The position numbers were made by a program, and so were the translations under genes. Source: a virus (lineage: Duplodnaviria > Heunggongvirae > Uroviricota > Caudoviricetes). Taken from it: a stretch of DNA of 42,866 nucleotides. The notes below the pieces were generated by a model, which was not told the origin of the DNA, made no database searches, and saw only the letters and a program-made list of their open reading frames with translations. Positions 18,335 through 25,263 of this stretch are shown one piece after another. Where the stretch lies: the IMG/VR virus record IMGVR_UViG_3300046492_000163, positions 64,001-106,866 of that record, one strand, 5' to 3'. How positions within the stretch are numbered: the stretch's first letter is position 1; each line of letters starts with the position of its first letter.

Positions 18335-19137
18335 GCTGCTGCCTTCAATGCACGGTCTTTCATCATGCCGATGGCGATGTCTTTAACCAGGCCACCCCGT
18401 ACAATGTCGTCCGGACTGTCGAAGTCCACGATGCCAACTCCCTTCAGACCGTGACGCTTGACGAAAGACAAGAACCATTCCAGGCCACACTGACCTTGGA
18501 TGTCTTTCTGAAGGATGTCACCGCAGAGAACCAACTTGCAGTTGTCCGACACCCGAGTAACGATACTTTGCATCTCTTCCGGGGTGGTCTGCTGTGCTTC
18601 ATCGATAATCAGGAAACTGTGTTGGTCGAAACTCCGACCGCGAATACTTTCAACTTCCTGAACTTCGATTTCCCCGGACTCCCCATCTTTCAAAGCCACC
18701 TCATAGGCGCCTGCACCGATGCGGAACTTGATGGTATCGAGCACGTTGCGAACATAGGGATAGAGTTTCTGAAGACTTGAACCTGGCTTGTACCCGGATG
18801 TGTTCCCCGTTTGTACGTAAGCCCGAGCTACGATGATTTTCTCTATTTCATTACGGCGGAACTTATCTGCTGCGACTGCTGCTGCACAGAATGTCTTACC
18901 AGTACCGTGGTAGCCCAATACTACAAGGGCTTGAATATCTGGATCATTCAATAGCCGGAAATACTCAAGCTGCTTCTCAGTCTTCGCTACAACAACTGGT
19001 GGCTCCCGCTCCGCTTTGAACTTCTCTTTTACCTCCGGCTTTACTCCACCGTTCCTTGTACTCTTGGTACGCTTGCGAGGAACTTTCACTTCCTGCCCGT
19101 CTACCACCATTACAAACTCTCGTTCTTTAGCACCCAA
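18331..19137 (-). CDS. phoH: PhoH-family ATPase
   Basis: GYHGTGKT, IRGRSF, IIDEAQQ, LCGDILQKD, IVRGGLV. Confidence 0.93.
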   Translation of the reverse strand: MGAKEREFVMVVDGQEVKVPRKRTKSTRNGGVKPEVKEKFKAEREPPVVVAKTEKQLEYFRLLNDPDIQALVVLGYHGTGKTFCAAAVAADKFRRNEIEKIIVARAYVQTGNTSGYKPGSSLQKLYPYVRNVLDTIKFRIGAGAYEVALKDGESGEIEVQEVESIRGRSFDQHSFLIIDEAQQTTPEEMQSIVTRVSDNCKLVLCGDILQKDIQGQCGLEWFLSFVKRHGLKGVGIVDFDSPDDIVRGGLVKDIAIGMMKDRALKAAA

Positions 19138-19139
19138 AT

Positions 19140-19268
19140 TTACCGCTCCATTAACTCAAACTCGGCAAGACGTAAATCTTGCCTATAATCACGCCGATCA
19201 TTAGCACGAGTGCCAAACCACCAACGCCCGAACTGATATCTTTTACGCATTAACTTGCTTCTAAACAT
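19140..19268 (-). CDS. Small basic hypothetical protein
   Basis: MFRSKLMRKRYQFGRWWFGTRANDRRDYRQDLRLAEFELMER; start uncertain (19268 or 19250). Confidence 0.5.
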   Translation of the reverse strand: MFRSKLMRKRYQFGRWWFGTRANDRRDYRQDLRLAEFELMER

Positions 19269-19810
19269 CGACACACCCGCTTTTTCCGACGCTCTTTGCG
19301 ATAGTCGTGTACGCCTTGCACAGTTGCCCACACCAAGTTGTCTTTATGGTTGTTTAGTGTGTTGCCGTCTCTATGCCAGATCCACGGCAAGTTACTTGGG
19401 TTCTCCAACCAGGCTTCAGCCACAACGGTTTGCACATAGCGTTGAACACCGGCAATGCGAACCCGAGCGTACTGTTTGTGGGGTTTACCTGGATTAGGCG
19501 TGTGAGCTGAGATTTTTAGCCAACGCTTGTGCTCGTGGTTCCAAACCCGGCCATCCTCTGTCACGTAGTAGCCGGGGGTATTGGCAATCGGTTGCAGGGG
19601 TACATCTGGTAGCGGCATGGCCTTCTTGGCAGCCCTTGCACGCTCTACGGCGCTTCCTTTGCGTCCACCTTGGCGGATGGCGTCCTCGATGGTGCATCCC
19701 TGTCGGATACGCTGACTGATAAGGGCGGAAGTGATACCAAGATACTCACACCATTCAGTGCGTGTCCTTGTTACACCATCTACGGTTACAACGCTGGAAA
19801 CCCTTGTCAT
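19250..19810 (-). CDS. NUMOD4/HNH homing-endonuclease-like protein
   Basis: PGYYVTEDGRVW (NUMOD4), VVAEAWLENP...HRDGNTLNNHKDNLVW (HNH), N-terminal HTH-like segment EWCEYLGITSALISQRIRQG. Confidence 0.8.
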   Translation of the reverse strand: MTRVSSVVTVDGVTRTRTEWCEYLGITSALISQRIRQGCTIEDAIRQGGRKGSAVERARAAKKAMPLPDVPLQPIANTPGYYVTEDGRVWNHEHKRWLKISAHTPNPGKPHKQYARVRIAGVQRYVQTVVAEAWLENPSNLPWIWHRDGNTLNNHKDNLVWATVQGVHDYRKERRKKRVCRCLEAS

Positions 19811-20133
19811 GGCCGCTGCCCCTTCCTTGTTTGCGTACCGGTGCAGGTCAATCCGCCCTTGCCTTTTTGTATCTTGCTGGCATTCACGGTGTAGCGGCCT
19901 TTACCGAAAACTTCGTCGCATGCCGCCTGGGCCAAGGCCCTGTCGCGGGAGTGGTAGAAGTAGTAGTCCCCCATGGCAGACCGCGTGAAGAACGTGGCTG
20001 GAGGCTCAAAGTCGAAGTCTGCGAACTCGTCGTAGGGCACGACGGTGATGCGGATGCCTGCTGCAATAACACTGTCTAACTGCACTTCTGTAGAACCGGT
20101 AACACTTTCTCTTACACTATCCTGACTAGCCAT
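19807..20133 (-). CDS. Hypothetical protein; first gene of the leftward operon
   Basis: 108-aa ORF with AAGGA SD, downstream of the promoter at 20165-20192. Confidence 0.75.
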   Translation of the reverse strand: MASQDSVRESVTGSTEVQLDSVIAAGIRITVVPYDEFADFDFEPPATFFTRSAMGDYYFYHSRDRALAQAACDEVFGKGRYTVNASKIQKGKGGLTCTGTQTRKGQRP

Positions 20134-20164
20134 ACTGCGTCCTTACTGTCTTGCTGTGGGAGCC

Positions 20165-20192
20165 ATCCTAACAGCCGAGAGGCACGAGTCAA
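20165..20192 (-). promoter_or_regulatory. Sigma70-type promoter driving the leftward arm
   Basis: Minus strand TTGACT-16 nt-TAGGAT. Confidence 0.7.
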
Positions 20193-20262
20193 GGAATCTC
20201 GCACACTAAATAATGGGTAAAGTGTACGAGAAAACTAAACGAAAAATACTTGGAGAGGGGGC

Positions 20263-20290
20263 TTGACAGCACAACGAAGTGTGGTATTTT
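20263..20290 (+). promoter_or_regulatory. Sigma70-type promoter, divergent from the one at 20165-20192
   Basis: TTGACA-16 nt-TATTTT. Confidence 0.6.
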
Positions 20291-20480
20291 CTACTTACAA
20301 TAATTTATAGAGTATAATGCTTTTAATTCTATTACTTATAAATACTCTATATCTTATCTATTCTATTACTTCTCTTCTTCTATACTCTATTACTCTATAT
20401 ATATTAACTCTTAGATATAATAACTCTATTATATCTTCTCTATACATTACTCTATATATAACAACTCTATGATATAGAGT
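20290..20480. repeat. AT-rich, G-poor tract with (T/A)ACTCTAT repeats; candidate replication origin
   Basis: (T/A)ACTCTAT at 20343, 20383, 20391, 20422, 20448 and 20463; inverted copy ATAGAGT at 20474-20480. Origin function is inference. Confidence 0.6.
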
Positions 20481-20559
20481 GCGGAGCTGGGCCAGAGCCC
20501 ACCCCTAGAGTAATGCCAGGCGACACGCTGTCGCACATCCCTTTACCCTGGAGTCCGCT

Positions 20560-20757
20560 ATGGATGACCTCCCCGTGTGCGAGAAGCACTTGTATGCCGA
20601 CGTGATGCCCCACAGTGGCCGTTGTCGCGTTTGTATCGAAGAGAGCAATGCAGACGCACGCCCCTATTTGGAAACAGCCCATATACTTGCAGAGGGCTGC
20701 CGAGAAGTTTTGAAGTATCTTCGCTCAATACAGAAAGATGAAGACGTTATCGATTGA
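20560..20757 (+). CDS. Small Cys/His-containing hypothetical protein
   Basis: GGAG SD; CEKH...CRVC possible Zn-binding motif. Confidence 0.5.
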   Translation: MDDLPVCEKHLYADVMPHSGRCRVCIEESNADARPYLETAHILAEGCREVLKYLRSIQKDEDVID

Positions 20758-20876
20758 TGCAAATCGATAGAAATCTACTATTGGTAAAAAATCGTACACT
20801 TTTGTAGTATGGGAGCGAACAAGGGCTTGGGCACTCCCAAGACTCTAAGAAAGTTGATTAAAGAGGTTGACGACAA

Positions 20877-21323
20877 ATGACACAGACATCTAGTAATCAA
20901 GTTAAGCCGGTCATCAAGTTTGTAAACGATAGTTCGGAGATTAGAGTCTGCTTTAAATCGAGTCGCGCAGTCAGCACCATACAGAAGATGCCCAATGGCA
21001 GGTACGTTGTTGTAAAAGTCTACGAAGAAGAAGTCACTGAGTGCGACAAATACTCAGAGGCCAAGCAGGAGGCTGAAAGTGCAGCGATGCTCCCAGCCAC
21101 CACCCACTCCACCCACCACTCAAAAGAGAACCCTGATTTAAAGGTTTGCTACAAGGCTGGCCGTGCTATCAGCACGATCCACAGGATGCCAGACGGCAAG
21201 TTCCAAGTGATCAAGCTGTACGAAGAGAAGGCAACCGCGCACTACGCCTTCGCCATAGCCGAGGAAGTCGCTACAAATGCTGAAATGAAGCAAGCACCTC
21301 GCACTAAGAAGGACGCCGCATAG
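20877..21323 (+). CDS. Hypothetical protein with a tandemly duplicated ~50-aa domain
   Basis: RVCFKSSRAVSTIQKMPNGRYVVVKVYEE versus KVCYKAGRAISTIHRMPDGKFQVIKLYEE. Confidence 0.75.
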   Translation: MTQTSSNQVKPVIKFVNDSSEIRVCFKSSRAVSTIQKMPNGRYVVVKVYEEEVTECDKYSEAKQEAESAAMLPATTHSTHHSKENPDLKVCYKAGRAISTIHRMPDGKFQVIKLYEEKATAHYAFAIAEEVATNAEMKQAPRTKKDAA

Positions 21324-21378
21324 GAAGGTCTGGAGTTGTGCCGAGCATCGAAAACATCGGAGTCAGTTTGGGGAAAGT

Positions 21379-21660
21379 ATGCGTTCGGCACATAGAGATA
21401 GAGAGTCGGTTAGGGATTTCGCGATGGCAGATATTGATACACGTAATGCAATAGCGGAGCAGATAGTCAGTAGTAGGAAAGAGCTAGGGTATACAGCCGC
21501 ACAGCTAGCAGAATCAGCAAACATCGCAGAGACGAACCTGATCCTGGTAGAAGGCGGCTTTGGTTTCGAAGGGAGTCATGAGGTTGCGGTAGCAGCCCTG
21601 ACGGCAATCCACCGACTGGAGACTTTGAGAGCCGGAACGGCCCACCTCCGAATAGTTTAA
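21379..21660 (+). CDS. XRE/Cro-like helix-turn-helix protein
   Basis: SRKELGYTAAQLAESANIAETNLILVEGG; alternative start at ATG 21424. Confidence 0.7.
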   Translation: MRSAHRDRESVRDFAMADIDTRNAIAEQIVSSRKELGYTAAQLAESANIAETNLILVEGGFGFEGSHEVAVAALTAIHRLETLRAGTAHLRIV

Positions 21661-21788
21661 GTATAGAAATTATGTCCACGAATTGACGAACCGGACGGGC
21701 CGTGACCCACTTGGTGCCTGATCCGGTTTTGTCTAGCCTGCCCCCACTCGCCCCTGAAAAATATTTTCTCTTACACTTCGATTGCCTC

Positions 21789-21816
21789 TTGACAAGTAGC
21801 AGAAGTGTCGTAGAAT
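21789..21816 (+). promoter_or_regulatory. Sigma70-type promoter for the RNA island
   Basis: TTGACA-16 nt-TAGAAT with an AT-rich upstream tract. Confidence 0.8.
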
Positions 21817-21830
21817 CCGTAGCTCAAGTC

Positions 21831-21896
21831 AGCCGCAAGGCTACTCCCCCGCTGTCGCCGCAAGGCAAGTATTCGCTTTAAGCCGCAAGGCTACTC
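21831..21896 (+). repeat. Three GCC-GCAA-GGC (GNRA tetraloop) hairpins in the 5' leader
   Basis: AGCCGCAAGGCTACTC at 21831 and 21881; GCCGCAAGGC at 21857. Confidence 0.8.
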
Positions 21897-21902
21897 AGTT
21901 TA

Positions 21903-22027
21903 AGAATCGTTCCAGCAACCCAATTTCATATCCCGCTAAGATCGAGGTCACAGGTTCGAATCCTGTCGCGTGCCCAGTAGGCTCGTGTAGCTCAGTTGGT
22001 AGAGCGCGTAGAAAACCCAACGATTCT
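21903..22027 (+). ncRNA. CAGCAA-family element A: circularly permuted tRNA-like RNA (YrlA-like topology)
   Basis: 9-bp closing stem AGAATCGTT/AACGATTCT; T-arm ACAGG-TTCGAAT-CCTGT precedes D-arm GCTC-AGTTGGTA-GAGC; acceptor halves CGCGTGCC and GGCTCGTG joined by a short loop. Confidence 0.8.
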
Positions 22028-22066
22028 GTTAACACAAAAATAAGACTATTTAAGGGACTAAACTAT

Positions 22067-23449
22067 TTGACCAGTTTCGCGACTGCGTTTAACAACGCCA
22101 CTACAACAACTAACGGCGACTTCGCCTATAAATCCACTCTGGACGCGAACGTAGACTTGTTCTACCAGGCCGGTGCCAGCCGTGGTAAAGAAATTGGAAC
22201 ACTCTTCGACCGGGCAGTTAGTACCAACGAAGAAGTGGCCGTCCGCACCCTACTCTGGTTGCGTGATGCACGAGAAGGTGCCGGTGAACGGCAACAGTTC
22301 AAGAACCTAGTTCTGCGACTGAAGCCTGAAGTTGTACAGAAGTTGATCCCGCTGATTCCAGAACTTGGCCGTTGGGATGATCTACTGGTCTTCTTGGACA
22401 CTCCGTTCGAACGTCAGGCCATGGGCGTAGTTGCCGCAGGCTTGAACATGGGCAACGGCCTGTGTGCGAAGTGGATGCCACGCAAGGGAATTGTGGCCGC
22501 GAAGATCCGCAAAGTCTTGGGCATCAAGAGCCCGAAGTTGTGGCGCCAGTACCTGGTGTCGCTGACTGACGTAGTTGAACAGAAGATGTGTTCCAAGGAC
22601 TGGAGCAGCATTGAGTTCGGCAAAGTTCCATCCGTAGCCGCTGGCCGCTACATCCAGGCTTTCCTCCGCAACGCACCCGATGCGTACAACGAGTACAAAG
22701 AGCGCCTGGTAAAAGGCGAAGCAAAGATTAATGCCGCTGCTGTTTATCCGTACGATGTAGTGAAGGCTCTTCGTAATGGTGATCCAGTTGTAGCAACAGC
22801 CCAATGGAACGCACTTCCGAATTACATGGAAGGAGTTGATGAACGCATTCTGCCGATGATTGATACATCCGGCTCGATGGGTTGTCCAGCGGGTGGTTAC
22901 AGCAGTAACTCCGGTACAACTTGCATGGATGTCGCTGTTTCCCTAGGGATCTATGTCGCACATCGCAACGTAGGCGCCTTCAAGAACATCATGTTGAGCT
23001 TCCACGCACAACCCAAGCTGTTCCAGTTCTCTGGCAACTTCGCTGAAGCGGTGCGACAAGTTGATAGTGCTCCATGGGGCATGAACACCGACATCGAGAA
23101 GGCCTTCATTGAAGTCCTGGCTCGTGCAAGATCACACAATGTCGCTCCGGACCAGATGCCAACCAAGGTATTGATCCTCAGTGATATGCAGTTCGACTTC
23201 TGTGTAAAAGGTATGGGTGCGTACGACAGCATCAAACGCCAGTACGCAGCATCGGGTTACGAACTACCGCAGATTGTCTTCTGGAACATCAATAGTTCCG
23301 CTGGCACTTCCCCGGTAACTATCGGAACTAAGGGAACTGCACTAGTTAGCGGGTTCTCGCCATCGATCCTCAAGGGGGTTGTAAGCGGTGAACTTGAACC
23401 AGCGAAAGTTATGCTCGCGACTGTAATGTCAGAGCGTTACGATTACTGA
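22067..23449 (+). CDS. Ro60/TROVE-like RNA-binding protein (DUF2828-type helical domain + C-terminal vWA)
   Basis: TTNGD...STLDANVDLF, LLWLRDAREGAGER, ELGRWDDL, AKWMPR, VPSVA, MIDAS motif MIDTSGSM, LILSDMQFD, IVFWN, ALVSGFSP. TTG start with AAGGG upstream. Confidence 0.8.
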   Translation: MTSFATAFNNATTTTNGDFAYKSTLDANVDLFYQAGASRGKEIGTLFDRAVSTNEEVAVRTLLWLRDAREGAGERQQFKNLVLRLKPEVVQKLIPLIPELGRWDDLLVFLDTPFERQAMGVVAAGLNMGNGLCAKWMPRKGIVAAKIRKVLGIKSPKLWRQYLVSLTDVVEQKMCSKDWSSIEFGKVPSVAAGRYIQAFLRNAPDAYNEYKERLVKGEAKINAAAVYPYDVVKALRNGDPVVATAQWNALPNYMEGVDERILPMIDTSGSMGCPAGGYSSNSGTTCMDVAVSLGIYVAHRNVGAFKNIMLSFHAQPKLFQFSGNFAEAVRQVDSAPWGMNTDIEKAFIEVLARARSHNVAPDQMPTKVLILSDMQFDFCVKGMGAYDSIKRQYAASGYELPQIVFWNINSSAGTSPVTIGTKGTALVSGFSPSILKGVVSGELEPAKVMLATVMSERYDY

Positions 23450-23473
23450 GTAAGAATTCCCCTCGGGGATATA

Positions 23474-23527
23474 AGGATGGTTACAGCAACCCAACTACTT
23501 TTATTGGAAAAAGAAAACTCCATCCTG
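23474..23527 (+). ncRNA. CAGCAA-family element B
   Basis: AGGATGG/CCATCCT stem, TTACAGCAA, internal CTTTT-ATTGGA-AAAAG hairpin. Confidence 0.7.
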
Positions 23528-23537
23528 TTTTGAATAT

Positions 23538-23613
23538 AGACGATTGGCGAAGTGAGAACGCAACCGGCTTTGAACCGGCTACGAGTATGGTTTGATTCCA
23601 TCATCGTCTACCA
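23538..23613 (+). tRNA. trnQ: tRNA-Gln (TTG)
   Basis: AGACGAT/ATCGTCT acceptor; CCGG-CTTTGAA-CCGG; encoded CCA. Confidence 0.88.
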
Positions 23614-23615
23614 AA

Positions 23616-23907
23616 TTCGAAGGTCAGTGACAAACTATCGGGAATAAGTATCCTGCGGAATAACCCGACCTTCGAACCCAACATACCTGGGAACTCAAGC
23701 GCCTTGGATATGTAACTCCACCTGTCAAACCAACTGACAGTGTGTAGATCGTACAGACGGCTGCGATTGATAAATCGCCGTCACCTAATACAGGTAACAC
23801 TGTTGTACATCGGCAACCTGGTAGGAAGAGTATTTGGCCCTCCTGCCCCTTCGCTAGGTTGTTTGACAGTATCGCAGTGGGCAGCAGGACATTACTCAAC
23901 CTGCTGC
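23616..23907 (+). ncRNA. Candidate structured RNA between tRNA-Gln and tRNA-Trp
   Basis: Several strong helices, e.g. TTCGAAGGTC/GACCTTCGAA and GCAGCAGG/CCTGCTGC; no convincing ORF. Confidence 0.45.
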
Positions 23908-23920
23908 TCCTTTAAATTCT

Positions 23921-23996
<76 letters not shown>

Positions 23997-24015
23997 AACT
24001 ATCACAAGGATGTGT

Positions 24016-24297
24016 ATGCGAGACTTGCAACAACAGTTTGACGATTACCATAGTTCAAATCCAGAAGTATACGAGTTATTTAAGAAGTTTACCTTCTCAG
24101 CGATTGCCGCTGGTAGACAAGTATTCTCTGTAGCTACAATCATCGAGCGTATACGCTGGGAAGCCGATGTAATCATTGACCGTACAGATGAATTCAAGAT
24201 AAATAACAATCACAAGCCGTTTTATGCTCGAAAGTTCATGGATGACTATCCAGAACATGCTGGGTTCTTTCGAACTAGATCGCAACACTACCATTAG
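24016..24297 (+). CDS. Phage hypothetical protein (93 aa)
   Basis: AAGGA SD then MRDLQQQFDDYHSSNPEVY...ERIRWE...KINNNHKPFYAR; the longer track ORF overlaps tRNA-Trp. Confidence 0.8.
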   Translation: MRDLQQQFDDYHSSNPEVYELFKKFTFSAIAAGRQVFSVATIIERIRWEADVIIDRTDEFKINNNHKPFYARKFMDDYPEHAGFFRTRSQHYH

Positions 24298-24314
24298 AGT
24301 AAAGGAATACACGC

Positions 24315-24458
24315 ATGGCAAATAAGCCTTACGATGCAACCAAGGAACACGCCCCATTCGACCGCACCAGGAAAACCGATGGCAAAGGCCGTCACCCGAA
24401 TAAAGGGTTGAGTTCGAAACACCCCGTCTCTGGAAAGATCAGCCGATACTTCCAGTGA
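24315..24458 (+). CDS. Small basic protein (47 aa)
   Basis: AAAGGA SD; MANKPYDATKEHAPFDRTRKTDGKGRHPNKGLSSKHPVSGKISRYFQ*. Confidence 0.55.
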   Translation: MANKPYDATKEHAPFDRTRKTDGKGRHPNKGLSSKHPVSGKISRYFQ

Positions 24459-24594
24459 TGTTGTTAGAGGGGCTACAGGAGCCACCAGGCTGCCCTCCGT
24501 TACTGGCTCGCCAGTTGATCGATGATCAGGTAACAACGCCCTGCCCCACTTGCATAGTGGCTGAGGCATTATCCTTGAGATAGTGCCGAACTCT

Positions 24595-24669
24595 GTATCC
24601 AAAGCTGACTCGGAGTAGCACTGGCTTGAAACCCCAGAGGACTTGGTTCGACTCCAAGTGGATGCACCA
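24595..24669 (+). tRNA. trnF: tRNA-Phe (GAA)
   Basis: GTATCCA/TGGATGC acceptor; loop TTGAAAC; CTTGG-TTCGACT-CCAAG; CCA. Confidence 0.82.
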
Positions 24670-24863
24670 AACAATAAGAACTCAGGTACTGGTTGAGTAC
24701 CCAACCTAGGATAAGGCGAAAAGCGCTTGGCCTGAGTTTTAGCTTGTACTGTCCTCACTGATCCGGGGACTTCGCGTTAGCGGGTAGAGGTCGATGATAT
24801 AAACCCGTAATTAATTCCAAGTAACTACTGTAAAATAAGTGTAAGACATTTACAGTTAGGGGC

Positions 24864-24891
24864 TTGACAAATAGAAAAAGTATGTTCTAAT
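24864..24891 (+). promoter_or_regulatory. Sigma70-type promoter upstream of tRNA-Asp
   Basis: TTGACA-16 nt-TCTAAT in an AT-rich gap. Confidence 0.7.
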
Positions 24892-24913
24892 ACCAAAACT
24901 TAGAAACAACTAA

Positions 24914-24989
24914 GCCGTATAGTTCCTCTGGGAAGGAAGACAGACTGTCGATCTGTTAGCTGAGGGTTCAAATCCCTTATATGGCGCCA
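24914..24989 (+). tRNA. trnD: tRNA-Asp (GTC)
   Basis: ACAGA-CTGTCGA-TCTGT; TTCAAAT T-loop; CCA. Confidence 0.9.
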
Positions 24990-25099
24990 AACACGTCAAT
25001 GTTGCCCAAGACTACTAACGCTGAAAAGTATTGTGTCGGATAACAGCGCTGTATCCTCTGTCCGGGGCTTGTCTCCGGTTACGTTACAGCCTTCTATAT

Positions 25100-25174
25100 A
25101 GTCGGGTAGCTCAGTGGTAGAGCAACTGCTTGATAAGCGGTTGGTCAAGTGTTCGAATCACTTTCCGACTACCA
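25100..25174 (+). tRNA. trnI: tRNA-Ile (GAT)
   Basis: ACTGC-TTGATAA-GCGGT; canonical D and T arms; CCA. Confidence 0.93.
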
Positions 25175-25182
25175 AGTTCTAA

Positions 25183-25251
25183 AGAGTGCTTACAGCAACC
25201 CAAACTGGAAAGCCTTAAAAGCTGCGGTTTCAATACCGCAAATGCACTCTG
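25183..25251 (+). ncRNA. CAGCAA-family element C
   Basis: AGAGTGC/GCACTCT stem, TTACAGCAA, AGC-CTTAAAA-GCT hairpin, GCGGT-TTCAAT-ACCGC T-like hairpin. Confidence 0.72.
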
Positions 25252-25263
25252 CGATCAAGTTCT

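Noticed and set aside
300-19894. Many long plus-strand ORFs in the left arm (e.g. 300-1085, 1009-1665, 3132-3794, 4605-5447, 8882-9523, 11114-11824)
   Set aside because: Antisense shadows of well-supported minus-strand genes; no motifs or RBS.
24330-24669. Possible tmRNA ending at the T-arm/CCA at 24669
   Set aside because: The 3' end belongs to a complete tRNA-Phe cloverleaf starting at 24595; no tmRNA 5' acceptor or tag reading frame was found.
25038-25056. GGATA-ACAGCGCTG-TATCC hairpin as a sixth family member
   Set aside because: ACAGCG rather than CAGCAA, and it lacks the 7-bp scaffold; left unassigned.
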